A DNA stretch of 64,000 nt from assembly GCA_963728395.1 (NCBI GenBank), contig CAVSJJ010000008.1:422227-486226 (forward strand), in the 5' to 3' direction. Below, piece after piece: positions 45,826 to 55,662 of this stretch (the stretch's first letter is position 1; each line of letters starts with the position of its first letter). The notes under the pieces were generated by a model. It did no database searches. It worked only from the letters and a program-made list of their open reading frames with translations, and was not told where the DNA came from. The position numbers and the translations under genes were made by a program. The stretch comes from an uncultured Actinomycetota bacterium (lineage in GTDB: Bacteria > Actinomycetota > Actinomycetes > Actinomycetales > Dermatophilaceae).

Positions 45826-46080
45826 CTACTCGACCGCCTGCAGCTCGGCGACCGCCGCGACGTACTGCGCCTTGGCGTCCTCGCTCGACGTGCCGGCGAG
45901 CGCCGCCCAGGCGTCGTACTTGGCGCGCCCCACCATGTCGGTGAAGCCGGGCCGCCTGCCGGAGACGTCCCCGACCGTCGCCTGCTTGTAGAGGGCGTAG
46001 AGGGTCAGCTTGACCTTCGGCCCGGGGTCCTTCGTCAGGGTCGGCACCGTTGCCACGGCCGCCTCGAAGTCGTCCGCCAT
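45826..46080 (-). CDS. acyl-CoA-binding protein (ACBP)
   Basis: KVKLTLYALYKQATVGDV...GRAKYDAWAAL is the ACBP signature. 84 aa. Confidence 0.9.
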   Translation of the reverse strand: MADDFEAAVATVPTLTKDPGPKVKLTLYALYKQATVGDVSGRRPGFTDMVGRAKYDAWAALAGTSSEDAKAQYVAAVAELQAVE

Positions 46081-46297
46081 GCGCCCAGGCTAGCCGGGCC
46101 GCGGCAGGTGGGACAGGCGCGGGGACGCACCTGCGCCGACCGCGTGGGCCGCCACGGGCCGCCCGGCGCGGATACCCTGACGGCACGACGACCTCGACCG
46201 AGATCGCCATACCCGTCGGGCCCACGGGCCGGTGGAGGCACCCGGCTGCGCCTCCGGCCGACCGTCGGCCGCTGACCGCGAAGGCTGGCGAGTGGCC

Positions 46298-48079
46298 ATG
46301 GCAGATCCGCGAGGGAACCCCTGGGACTACGACCGCGGGCCCAACAAGACGAGCGGGTGGCCGGAGCTGTTCGCCGCCACCCCCAACTACCGCGGAATCG
46401 GCAGGGCAGTGACGGGGCGCGAGGCCTTCCGCTGGCACTTCGGCCCGATGTTCTACCGAGGTCGGCTGGACGGCTCCGCCCGGGTCCTCGTCGTCGGCCA
46501 GGAGGGGGCCCAGGACGAGTCGCTGTCGCACCGCTCGTTCACGGGAGGCACCGGGGCGCGGATGCAGCACCTGCTCGCCCATCTCGGGATCACGCGCTCC
46601 TACCTGTTCATGAACACGTTCGTCTACCCGATCTTCGGGCAGTACACCTCATCCCTGACCGGGCTCGCGCAGGATCCGCTCTCGCCGATCGTCATCCACC
46701 GGCACGCCCTCTTCGACACGGTCGCCGAGGGGGACCTTCGCCTCGTCGTCGCCGTCGGCGAGGCGGCCAAGGAGTCGGTCGCGACCTGGGTGGCCTCGCA
46801 CGGTGGCAGTGCCGACCCAGCCCGGCTGGACGCGGCGAGGTGCGGCGGACCGCTCGCCGGCATCCGGTTCCTCGGCGTGCTCCACCCCGGTGGCATCACC
46901 GGCGGTGGCGGCGCGGCGATCACCGCCGACTTCCTCCGGGCCGCCGGGCGGGTCCGCGACTGGGTCGACGCCGACGCCGGCTGGCTGCCGGCCGACCGCG
47001 GCGCCCACCGCGACCTCGCCGCGCCGTTCGGCTACGGGAGCGACCCCGTCCCGTTTGCCGACCTCCCCTTCGGCACGTGCCCGCGCCTGGGTCGGGGAGC
47101 CACCTCCTCGAACCGCGGCGACGGACAGCGCAGCATCCAGCTCTTCTCGGCACAGGGGAAGTACAACGCCTCCGGCGCCTCGCTGTCGTACTCCTACACC
47201 GGGATCGGCAGCACGGACGGCTACGCGGACGAGCCGGGGGACATCCCGGTCGAGCCGCCGCGGCATTCCTCCCACGACTACGACAAGGGCCCCTCCTCGT
47301 CGTATGCCCGGCTCCTCATGGGCGGGGAGAGGGGCCTCGGCTGGCCGGACTTCGCGGCGCTCGGCGTCACGTCCTCCCCATCGTTCGGCGTGGGCGCGAT
47401 CTACCGCGGCCGCTTCACGTCGGTCAGCGTCGTCGTCCTCGCCGACCCCGAGTCCCCCGATGACCTCTTCGCCGGGCGCGCGTTGTGTGGCGAGGCCGGC
47501 CAGCGGCTGCAGGCCTGGCTCACGGCGGCCGGACTGACCCGTCGCTACCTCATCCTTCGCACCGTCCCCGTCGACATCAGCGACCTCGACACCGCCCGGC
47601 GCACCGCCCTCGTCGACCACCCGAGGGTGCAGGCCCTCCACACCGAGGTCCTGCGTCGGGTCAGCGCCGCCAACCACGGGCTCGCGGCCCTGCTCACCCT
47701 CGGCCCCGGCGCCGCGCGGCTCGCGGGTCGGGTGGCGCCGGCCGGCCTGCCGGTGCTGGGCCTGCGGAGGTGGTCATCCTCCGCCCGCGGCCAGTGGCAG
47801 TCCGTCCTCGAGGACCTCGCCCGGCTCGACTACCGCAGGGATCTCGCCTCGCCGAGCCGCGCGATGCCGACCGGACGTGGCCGGATCCCCCCGGCCGACC
47901 TCCCCTTCGGCACCCCGCTGTGGGTCGGCACGTCCGGTGACCGTGCCAGCAGGCCGACCGACCGGACGAGCGGCCGGCCGGCTGCGGACTACCTCAAGGT
48001 CTACCTGCCCGGCTGGGCGAACGAGCTGGCGCCGCCACCGCTGTCGGCCGCGGACGAGGCCGTCGTCGGCTCCCTGTAG
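46298..48079 (+). CDS. protein with two uracil-DNA-glycosylase-like (UDG-superfamily) folds
   Basis: N-terminal VLVVGQEGAQDESLSHRSFTGGTGARMQHLLAHLGI...FMNTFVYP. Second copy VVVLADPESPDDLFAGRALCGEAGQRLQAWLTAAGL. Function unknown. Start chosen at ATG 46298. Confidence 0.6.
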   Translation: MADPRGNPWDYDRGPNKTSGWPELFAATPNYRGIGRAVTGREAFRWHFGPMFYRGRLDGSARVLVVGQEGAQDESLSHRSFTGGTGARMQHLLAHLGITRSYLFMNTFVYPIFGQYTSSLTGLAQDPLSPIVIHRHALFDTVAEGDLRLVVAVGEAAKESVATWVASHGGSADPARLDAARCGGPLAGIRFLGVLHPGGITGGGGAAITADFLRAAGRVRDWVDADAGWLPADRGAHRDLAAPFGYGSDPVPFADLPFGTCPRLGRGATSSNRGDGQRSIQLFSAQGKYNASGASLSYSYTGIGSTDGYADEPGDIPVEPPRHSSHDYDKGPSSSYARLLMGGERGLGWPDFAALGVTSSPSFGVGAIYRGRFTSVSVVVLADPESPDDLFAGRALCGEAGQRLQAWLTAAGLTRRYLILRTVPVDISDLDTARRTALVDHPRVQALHTEVLRRVSAANHGLAALLTLGPGAARLAGRVAPAGLPVLGLRRWSSSARGQWQSVLEDLARLDYRRDLASPSRAMPTGRGRIPPADLPFGTPLWVGTSGDRASRPTDRTSGRPAADYLKVYLPGWANELAPPPLSAADEAVVGSL

Positions 48080-48090
48080 GACGACCGACG

Positions 48091-48122
48091 GGTATGCCGC
48101 GCGCGGCCGCCCGCGGCATACC
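48091..48122. terminator. bidirectional hairpin between convergent genes, built from an inverted pair of the abundant octamer
   Basis: ggtatgccgcg - 10 nt - cgcggcatacc (11-bp arms), located between stop codons at 48079 (+) and 48157 (-). Confidence 0.5.
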
Positions 48123-48156
48123 GCCGCCTCATCGGGACCCATCTCCCGCGCGGACG

Positions 48157-50094
48157 TCACGGGTCGCCGGCATGCAGGACCCGGCGCTGGACGAGCCGGC
48201 CGGTGGACCGCCCACGCACCTCGAGCGTCGACCAGCCGCCGGGCAGGTCGAACCGCGTCGCTCGGCCACTCACCGCGCGGGTGGGCTGGAAGGCGCCGTC
48301 GACCAGCACGTCGAGCATCTCGACGCCGCGGGTGTGGACGGTGAGCGGCTCACCCCCGGTCGTGGGCGGGCCCACCGTCATCGAGGTCCACGGGGCCGCC
48401 AGGAGGACCCTGGCGGCGGACGCGATGAGGTCGCGGTTGGAACCGGTCAGGTCCCGGTGGGTCATCGCGTACGGGCGCGCCGTGCCGTGGATGCCGACGT
48501 CCTCGATCGAGGTCCCGACGGCCGGGCCGGAGCGGGTCGCCCGCCGGACCGACATCGTGTAGTCGATCCCCGCCGGGAGGGCGCCGATCTCGTGGGACGT
48601 GCCGACGAGGGCCCGCGAGACGTCGTGCGCGGTCCAGACGTTCGCGCCACCGCCGCCGGTCGCCGAGCCGACGCAGATGAGCTGGCCGATGCCGTTGTCG
48701 ACGAAGCCGGCGGCGAAGAGGTCACCGGCGCTGTAGGTGTTCGGGTCGGCGACGGCGACGACCGGCCCGCCGTAGACCTGCCCGATGTCGTTGCAGCGCC
48801 CGGGTGGCGTGATCGGTACGGCCGAGGAGTAGAGCTCGCCGGTCGACACCGCCTCCCCGAGGCTCGTCGTCCACGGGTCGAAGTCCGGCCGGTTCTGGCC
48901 GGCGTTCGCCAGCTCGCGGGTGAGGGCGGAGGACAGCAGCGAGAACCCGTTCGGCGCGATGGGGGTCGGAGTGAGCAGCTGGAGCATCCGCTCGGCCGCC
49001 CAGATGAGTCCACCGGGGTTGGCGCGCACGTCGATGATGAGCCCTCGGTCCGGCAGGAGGCGGAGCAGCCGGATGACCTCGGCGAGGTAGGCGTCGTCGT
49101 CGGCCACGTCGAAGCTCCACAGCCTGAGGTAGCCCAGCCGGCGCCCCCGGGAGGCGACGACCTTGGCGGCGAGGAGGTCCCGCATCGGGGTGGGGATCCA
49201 CTCGCCGTCCGCGACCTCACCGGGCCCTGGTGGGGCCGTCTCGGTGGCGTCTGCGTACCAGACATCCGGCTTGAAGAGGAGCTTCTTGGCGTGCCGGTGC
49301 ACCTCGCTCACCGGGTCGATGGCGAACCGGTGCCCGGCCTCGCCACCGGCGCCGCGGCCCGTGGTCGTCGCGGCTCCCGGCTCGACGACCCGCCAGGTCA
49401 TCCGCTGCGTCCGGTGGCCACCGTCGAGGTCGACGTATCCGATGTCGACCCACAGCTCATCGGGCGGCGGCCCGAACTGCAGCGCCCGCAGCGTCATCGA
49501 CTCCAGGGCGCGCATCCGCCGGCTGTCCGGCCGGCCACCGGTCTCCTCGTCGGCATGGCGGTTGACGGCCCGGTCCATCGGCACGGCGTTCCACGTCGTG
49601 ATCTCGACTCCCTCGCGGAAGGGGCCCGCCGGCGCCGACGTCGACCCTGGGTCCTGGAGCATCTTCGAGACGATGTACCGAGGAGCGCTCCACGGTCCGT
49701 ACGCCTCGACGAGGAAGGGCAGCATCGCGATCCGGCCCTCGAGGAACGCCGGCCCGACATAGCGGGTGTGCGCGTCCCGCAGGCCGGTGATGATGGTGGC
49801 CAGCCGGCCGTGGAACTCGACCGCACTGAGCGGGGCGTCGGGACCGCTGCCGTCGAGTCGCTGTTGGAGCAGCCGCAGCTGCTGGATCGGGTCGAGGCCG
49901 TACATCGACCGCTTGAGCGGGAGATGGGCGTAGAGGCCGTCGAGGAGCCGGATGAAGGTCTCGACGACCTGCTCCTGCTCCCGGCGCCCGAGCGCCGCCT
50001 CGAGCTGGGCGCGTGCGCCGCGGTTGCCGGCGAGGAAGCGGTCGAGGCCGACGCCGTGCTGCCGACGCCGGATGTGCGTCACGGGAACCGCCAT
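48157..50094 (-). CDS. S41-family peptidase (C-terminal processing/tricorn-core-like), no signal peptide
   Basis: RBS gaggagg. GYLRLWSF...LIIDVRANPGG...NTYSAGDLFA (Ser nucleophile context). 645 aa. Confidence 0.75.
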   Translation of the reverse strand: MAVPVTHIRRRQHGVGLDRFLAGNRGARAQLEAALGRREQEQVVETFIRLLDGLYAHLPLKRSMYGLDPIQQLRLLQQRLDGSGPDAPLSAVEFHGRLATIITGLRDAHTRYVGPAFLEGRIAMLPFLVEAYGPWSAPRYIVSKMLQDPGSTSAPAGPFREGVEITTWNAVPMDRAVNRHADEETGGRPDSRRMRALESMTLRALQFGPPPDELWVDIGYVDLDGGHRTQRMTWRVVEPGAATTTGRGAGGEAGHRFAIDPVSEVHRHAKKLLFKPDVWYADATETAPPGPGEVADGEWIPTPMRDLLAAKVVASRGRRLGYLRLWSFDVADDDAYLAEVIRLLRLLPDRGLIIDVRANPGGLIWAAERMLQLLTPTPIAPNGFSLLSSALTRELANAGQNRPDFDPWTTSLGEAVSTGELYSSAVPITPPGRCNDIGQVYGGPVVAVADPNTYSAGDLFAAGFVDNGIGQLICVGSATGGGGANVWTAHDVSRALVGTSHEIGALPAGIDYTMSVRRATRSGPAVGTSIEDVGIHGTARPYAMTHRDLTGSNRDLIASAARVLLAAPWTSMTVGPPTTGGEPLTVHTRGVEMLDVLVDGAFQPTRAVSGRATRFDLPGGWSTLEVRGRSTGRLVQRRVLHAGDP

Positions 50095-50144
50095 CGGGCG
50101 ACCTCCTCTTCGGACGGGTGGAGCAGGCGACTCGCGGCGGCGGA

Positions 50145-51719
50145 TCAGCGGAATGCCGCGGCGAGGTCATCGAGGGCGCCGGCGTGGAAGCCGCCCCTCG
50201 CCACCGTCCGCAGCCAGGTCGTGTCGTGGTAGATGCGTTCGATGCGCGGGATGTCGAGCGTCTGGCCCTTCGGCGGCGGGCCCGCCCGGGTGCGGAGCCC
50301 ACCGGGCATGTCGAGGTTCACCGTGATGGGTGGGGTCCCCTCCGGGTCCGCGGAGGGCCGCTCGGCGCCGCGACGACGCCGAGCGCCACCAGGGCCGCTC
50401 GGCGGGGTGACGCGCGCGGCCTCCCGGACGGCGTCGAGCCGGGCGAGGACATCCGACCAGGGCCACGGGGTGCTGGGGTCGTCCGGACGCACGAGGGCCA
50501 CCCGGCGGTAGGCCGACCCGATCCGCACCGAGACGGCGTCCCGGGCGCCGGCCGCCCGCATGAGGGGTGTCGTCCCCCACCGGGGGCGCCCGCCGACGAC
50601 GACGAGCTCGATGTCGCGCTCCCGGGCCGCGACGAGGCTGGCCCACGGGTCGGCGCGACGCTGGGCGACCACGACGAGGTCCCCGAGCCCGCCGGGGACG
50701 AGCCGTCCGACGGACGAGCCCCACGCGCGCGCGAGGGCATCGCCGGGGGCACAGGTCAGCATCGAGACGATGTCGGCGTCGCTGAGCCCCCACCCCTGCG
50801 CGTCGGACCACAGCCGGGCGACCTTGGCCTCGCCGAGCAGGTTGTGGGTGCCGGAGGGCCCCCAGTCGGTGCCGAGGCAGACCTCCAGACCCGCCGCGCG
50901 AGCGCCGGGTACGTCGGTCGTCGAGCCGTAGAGCCACAGGTTGGAGAACGGCGACCAGACGACGTAGCCGTACGGACGCCGGGCGCTGCGCGCCCGCGCC
51001 GCCGTGCGCCACCGGCGGTAGTCCGCCGCCTCGAGGGCGTTGGTGTGGATGCACACCATCGACGGGCGCAGGCAGGCCTCGGCGTCGAGGTCGGCGAACT
51101 CGCGGACGACGATCGAGCCGACCTGCCCCTCGGAGCAGTGGTAGACGAAGATCGCCCCGTCCTCCATCGACGCCCGCCGGGAGCGGAGGTCGCCGGCCTC
51201 GAGGGTGAGGGCCGAGACCCGGACCGGGTCCGGGAGCGGCCCGACCCGGTCCGCGTCGACGCACCGCACCAGCCTGTTCGTCGGGGACCGGCTCATCGAC
51301 GGCCAGCCCTGGATCGATGTGGTCCCACCCGCCAGCGCCCGCACCTGGACATAGGCGAGGAGCGACTCGGGCGCCCCATTCGCGAGGGTCCACGCCGGCC
51401 AGGAGACGTCCGGGCGGTAGGACGGCTCCCCGGGCCAGCTGTCGTGGTGGAGGTAGCCCTCGCGCTGACCGGGGTCGGTCCACAGCGGGAGGGTGTTGTA
51501 GCCGAGGTGGCTGTGCAGGTCGAGAAGGCCCGGGTAGATGACCGAGGTCCCGACCGAGACGACAGGGGCATCGGCCGGGAAGGCCGCCGGACCCGCGTCC
51601 ACCGGGCCGGTGACGGCGGCGACGGTCCCGTCCTCCCCCAGCCAGACCCGCCCGGGCCCGACGGTCTTCTCGGCACCGGGCGCCATCGCGGCCACGGTTC
51701 CCTCGACGACGAGTGCCAT
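50145..51719 (-). CDS. amidohydrolase-superfamily metal-dependent hydrolase with about 110-aa C-terminal extension
   Basis: RBS gaggagg, ATG at 51719. VIYPGLLDLHSHLGYN, VYHCSEG, CIHTNAL, CLGTDWGPSG. Lies 50 nt upstream of the S41 peptidase gene on the same strand. Confidence 0.75.
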   Translation of the reverse strand: MALVVEGTVAAMAPGAEKTVGPGRVWLGEDGTVAAVTGPVDAGPAAFPADAPVVSVGTSVIYPGLLDLHSHLGYNTLPLWTDPGQREGYLHHDSWPGEPSYRPDVSWPAWTLANGAPESLLAYVQVRALAGGTTSIQGWPSMSRSPTNRLVRCVDADRVGPLPDPVRVSALTLEAGDLRSRRASMEDGAIFVYHCSEGQVGSIVVREFADLDAEACLRPSMVCIHTNALEAADYRRWRTAARARSARRPYGYVVWSPFSNLWLYGSTTDVPGARAAGLEVCLGTDWGPSGTHNLLGEAKVARLWSDAQGWGLSDADIVSMLTCAPGDALARAWGSSVGRLVPGGLGDLVVVAQRRADPWASLVAARERDIELVVVGGRPRWGTTPLMRAAGARDAVSVRIGSAYRRVALVRPDDPSTPWPWSDVLARLDAVREAARVTPPSGPGGARRRRGAERPSADPEGTPPITVNLDMPGGLRTRAGPPPKGQTLDIPRIERIYHDTTWLRTVARGGFHAGALDDLAAAFR

Positions 51720-52031
51720 GGATCCTCCTCGGATCGTGAGCCGGCCGCCCCTGCGCCACCGCGCCGGGCCGACCCGCCCTCGGACCAGTCTGTCCGTCCG
51801 GCCGCGGACCGGGAAGGGGGCGGGGCTGACGCCGCAGAGTAGAGCGTCCCCGGCGCACGAGAACTGAGCGCCCCGGACGAGCAGTTGACGCCCGCGCGGG
51901 CGGGAAACAGACTCCACCCGTAGGGGTGGTGCGCACACCGACCGCCCTCCCTAGGCTCGCTGAGGTTCGACATCCGCGGACCCGGCTCCCCGGCCCGAAA
52001 GCCGCCCGGACGACGGAAGGCAGGACAGCAC

Positions 52032-52697
52032 GTGAGCCCCCGCGCGCTCGTACGGTCGATGACCGCGCTATCGGACCCGACGGAGGCGTTACGACAGGTG
52101 GTGCAGCGCACCCTCGACGTCGTGCCAGGGGCCGAGTCTGTGCTCGCCACCTTGTCCCCGCCGCGGGACGAGCCCACCGTCATCCCCAGCGACGAGGCCG
52201 CCCGCGACCTGTATGCCGCGCAGGTCGCCGCGGCCCAGGGGCCCACCCTCGACGCGCTCGCACAGCTGTCCATCGTCCGGGCCGACGACCTCACGAGCGA
52301 CCCGCGCTACCCGGTCCTCGCGCCCGCCTGCGTCGACCTCGGCATTGTCAGTGCCATCGCCTTCCCCGTCATCGTCGATGACAACAACGCGGGGTCGATC
52401 ACCGTCCTCGCCCGCTCGATCGGCTCGCTGACCGAGCACGCCGAGCAGACCGGGGCACCCCTCGCCGCCGTGGCCGGGCTGGTCATCGCCCGGATCGGGA
52501 TCGCGATGTCCTTCGCCGAGGCGATGGACTCCCGCGACGTCATCGGCCAGGCCAAGGGAATCCTCATGGAGCGGCACAAGATCGGTGCCGACGACGCGTT
52601 CGACCGGCTGCGCATCCTCTCCCAGCACCACAACCGCCGCCTGCGTGACATCGCCGAGGACATCGCGAGCACCGGCGAGGAGCCCGCCGGCCCGTGA
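52032..52697 (+). CDS. GAF + ANTAR domain RNA-binding regulator
   Basis: GAF-like N-terminal half. ANTAR domain: SRDVIGQAKGILMERHKIGADDAFDRLRILSQHHNRRLRDIAEDI. Confidence 0.8.
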   Translation: MSPRALVRSMTALSDPTEALRQVVQRTLDVVPGAESVLATLSPPRDEPTVIPSDEAARDLYAAQVAAAQGPTLDALAQLSIVRADDLTSDPRYPVLAPACVDLGIVSAIAFPVIVDDNNAGSITVLARSIGSLTEHAEQTGAPLAAVAGLVIARIGIAMSFAEAMDSRDVIGQAKGILMERHKIGADDAFDRLRILSQHHNRRLRDIAEDIASTGEEPAGP

Positions 52698-52719
52698 TCG
52701 TGCCGATATCCTCGGGTTC

Positions 52720-53103
52720 GTGAACCTCGAGAAGGTGGTCTTCGGGTTCTTCGTCCTGCTCGCGGCCACGCTGAACTTCGGCTTCTTCATCGGCGACATC
52801 GCCGACCCCGCCATCCACAACATCAACGAGCTCTACCTCGCCGTCGTCGTCAACATCATCGCAACGCTGCTGAAGTTCGGGGACCGGACCCAGATCGGCG
52901 CGGTCCATCTCGCGACGAGCCTCGTCGCCGACATCCAGCTCATCGCGGCGGCCGGCATGTGGATCTACGGCACTCAGATCGCGGGCACCCCCACGACCGA
53001 GGCGATCTCGAGCGTCGTCTCCCTCTCCGGCGGTGCCTTGTTCGCCAACATCGTCTCCGTCGTCCTGCTCGTCATCGAGACGGTGTCGTTCCGGCGCCGC
53101 TGA
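52720..53103 (+). CDS. small membrane protein (127 aa), hypothetical
   Basis: GTG start lies 22 nt after the ANTAR gene stop. Four hydrophobic segments. Ends 5 nt before the channel gene. Confidence 0.55.
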   Translation: MNLEKVVFGFFVLLAATLNFGFFIGDIADPAIHNINELYLAVVVNIIATLLKFGDRTQIGAVHLATSLVADIQLIAAAGMWIYGTQIAGTPTTEAISSVVSLSGGALFANIVSVVLLVIETVSFRRR

Positions 53104-53108
53104 CCGTC

Positions 53109-54845
53109 GTGGTGAACCCCCTCCTCCTCTTCAGCGCCCGCCCGGGGTCCCGCCGGCCCCGGGGCAGCGTGCGACGCGCCGAGGTGGCGGTCCCGACCGA
53201 GGTCCCCGCCGTCGACGCGGTCTTCCTCGTCCTGCGCCGGATGCGGGTCCCGCTCATCGTCCTCGTCGTCATCTTCGCCGTGTCGGTGGCGGGGCTGGCG
53301 ATCATCCCCGGGCGGGACGCCCAGGGGAACCCGGCCCGGATGACCGTCTTCGACGCCTTCTACTTCATCAGCTACACGGCGACGACGATCGGCTTCGGTG
53401 AGCTCCCCAACGCCTTCACGACGGCGCAGCGGATGTGGGTGACCGGCTCGATCTACGGGTCGGTCATCGGCTGGGCCTATGCCATCGGCACCCTCTTCTC
53501 GCTCCTGCAGGACCAGGGCTTCCGGGACGCCCTGGCCCTCCAGCAGTTCCGACGCAGGGTGCGGCGGATCGACGAGCCCTTCCTCCTCGTCGCCGGCTAC
53601 GGCCATGCGGGGCAGCTCGTCTGTCAGGGCCTCGACGGCCTCGGGCGCAGGGCCGTCGTGCTCGACGAGACCCGCGAGCGCATCGAGGCGCTCGCGGCGG
53701 ACCAGCTCTCGATCGATGTGCCGGGCCTGGCCGCCGACGTCCACAACCCGGCGATGCTCGGGGTCGCCGGCCTGGGCCACCCGCGCTGTGAGGGCGTCCT
53801 CGCACTTACCGACGACGACGACGCCAACCTGGCCGTCGTCATGGCGGCCAACCTCGTCCGCCCCGGCCTGCCGGTCATCGCGCGCTGCGCCGACCGGGCC
53901 GTCGAGGAGCACATGCACGACTTCGCCCCCCAAGCGGTCATCAACCCCTACGACCGGTTCGGTGGCTACCTCGTCCTCGCCCTGCGGCGGCCGACGACCT
54001 ACCGGCTCGCGACCTGGCTCATGAGCCCGGCCGGGTCACCGCTGCCGGAGCGGCGCGAGGGCCTGGCGGACGGACGGTGGATCGTCTGCGCCGACGGGCA
54101 GTTCGGCGAGGAGGTGACCGCCGATCTGCGCCGGGCCGGGCTCGACGTGACGATGGCGGACCCGGCCGACGGCGATCCCGACGTCACCGGGATCGTCGGG
54201 TTCGTGGCGGGGACCGAGCGGGACACGACGAACCTCTCGCTCGCCGCCCACGCCCGGCTCAGCGACCCGGGCATCTACCTCGTCGCGCGGCAGAAGGCTC
54301 CGTCGAGCGCCCCACTCATCCAGGCGCTCGACCTGGACTCCGTCTTCATCCCCACCGAGCTCGTGGCACGAGAGACGCTCGCCAGGGTCATCACCCCGAT
54401 CTCGTGGTCGTTCATCGACCACATCCTCCAGCAGCCGGACGGCTGGGCGGTGGACACCCTGACCCGGATCACCGCTCGGGTCGGCCCCCGGGCCCCGCAC
54501 CCGCTCCGGCTCATCGTCACGCCCGCCGAGGCGCCGGCGCTCGTCCGGTGGCTGGCCCGGCACGAGCTCGCCCTCGGCGACGTCCTGCGCGACCCCGACG
54601 ACCGGGGCCGATCGCTGGCCGCGATCCCCCTCGTCCTCATCCGGGGCGAGGAGACGACCTTCCTGCCCGACCTCGACGGGGCGCTCCGGGTCGGCGACGT
54701 CGTCCTCATGGCCGGTCGCGAGTCGGCGCACGACGCCATGACGGCCACCCTGTTCTACGACGCCGCGGTCGAGTACGTCGCGACGGGTCGCCAGGTGCCG
54801 TCGACGTGGCTGTGGCGGGCTCTGCGGCGCGGTGGGGGCGGCTGA
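53109..54845 (+). CDS. 2-TM potassium-channel-like protein with two RCK/TrkA-N-like domains
   Basis: Pore region FYFISYTATTIGFGELP between two TM segments. Rossmann-like LLVAGYGHAGQ, and a second domain IVCADGQFGEE. The start (GTG 53109) is uncertain. Confidence 0.7.
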   Translation: MVNPLLLFSARPGSRRPRGSVRRAEVAVPTEVPAVDAVFLVLRRMRVPLIVLVVIFAVSVAGLAIIPGRDAQGNPARMTVFDAFYFISYTATTIGFGELPNAFTTAQRMWVTGSIYGSVIGWAYAIGTLFSLLQDQGFRDALALQQFRRRVRRIDEPFLLVAGYGHAGQLVCQGLDGLGRRAVVLDETRERIEALAADQLSIDVPGLAADVHNPAMLGVAGLGHPRCEGVLALTDDDDANLAVVMAANLVRPGLPVIARCADRAVEEHMHDFAPQAVINPYDRFGGYLVLALRRPTTYRLATWLMSPAGSPLPERREGLADGRWIVCADGQFGEEVTADLRRAGLDVTMADPADGDPDVTGIVGFVAGTERDTTNLSLAAHARLSDPGIYLVARQKAPSSAPLIQALDLDSVFIPTELVARETLARVITPISWSFIDHILQQPDGWAVDTLTRITARVGPRAPHPLRLIVTPAEAPALVRWLARHELALGDVLRDPDDRGRSLAAIPLVLIRGEETTFLPDLDGALRVGDVVLMAGRESAHDAMTATLFYDAAVEYVATGRQVPSTWLWRALRRGGGG

Positions 54846-54893
54846 GGCGGTGTGCCGGCGCGGTGGGCCGTCGGTCTCGACGCCCCCGCCGGC

Positions 54894-55616
54894 TCAGTGG
54901 TGGAAGAACACGTCGTTCAGCCAGGCCGAGGAGTCGGCAAGGATGACGACGGCAAGCCACACGGCGGCCCCGCCGGCGACCGCGATGAGCACCCCGCGGA
55001 CGAGCCCGCCGGGCACGGAGACGGCACCGACGGCCCGGCCGGTGATGATCCGCACGGCCGGGGCGAGGCGGCCGAGGACGTGGACGGTCGTGACGACGAT
55101 CCAGACGGCGAACGACGCCTGGTGCAGGAACAGCGGGCTGATCGGGGTCCCCGCGAGCCCGGCCCGCGCGGTGTCCGGCCCGATGAGGGCGATCGCCACC
55201 CCGGTGGCGAGCAGCGCGAGGGTCGAGAGGATGACCAGCGGCCCGATGAGGCGCAGCGGCATCGGCGGCGCGCCCGCCGCCCGGTAGACGCGGCTGCCCG
55301 CGTAGTAGCGGACCATCCGCCACCCCGTGCTGGCGAGCTTGAGGGCGACCGGGCCGATGATGAGGACGCCGACGACGATGTGCCACGAGATGAGGCCGTG
55401 GATGTCGATGAGGGTGATGCCCTCGATGGCGAGGAGGACGAAGAGCACGAGGCCCACCCACGCCGTGAGCCGGGCGTTGCCGGCGGGTCCGCCGCCGCGG
55501 GGAAGCACCGGGTCGGGCCGGTCTGCGGTTCCGAGGGCCTCGGCGACGGTCTCGCCCACCTGCCATCGGTCGAGGGTGAGCGCCTCGGCGCGGGCGACGA
55601 TCTCGTGCCGGTTCAT
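54894..55616 (-). CDS. membrane protein (240 aa), hypothetical
   Basis: Internal ATG (MNRHEIVARAE...) of the 486-aa ORF. About 5 TM segments. The upstream part of the long ORF is an Arg/Pro-rich shadow of the LysR gene region. Confidence 0.55.
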   Translation of the reverse strand: MNRHEIVARAEALTLDRWQVGETVAEALGTADRPDPVLPRGGGPAGNARLTAWVGLVLFVLLAIEGITLIDIHGLISWHIVVGVLIIGPVALKLASTGWRMVRYYAGSRVYRAAGAPPMPLRLIGPLVILSTLALLATGVAIALIGPDTARAGLAGTPISPLFLHQASFAVWIVVTTVHVLGRLAPAVRIITGRAVGAVSVPGGLVRGVLIAVAGGAAVWLAVVILADSSAWLNDVFFHH

Positions 55617-55662
55617 GAGCAGTGAGCGTGGCGGGGCCCGCTGCACGAACGCTGGACGCAGG

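Noticed and set aside
52695-52706. The 12-mer gatcgtgccgat at the ANTAR gene stop is identical to the core of the island junction motif.
   Set aside because: No flanking similarity beyond the 12 nt, and it lies in core DNA overlapping a stop codon. It is most likely coincidence, but a genome-wide motif search would settle it.
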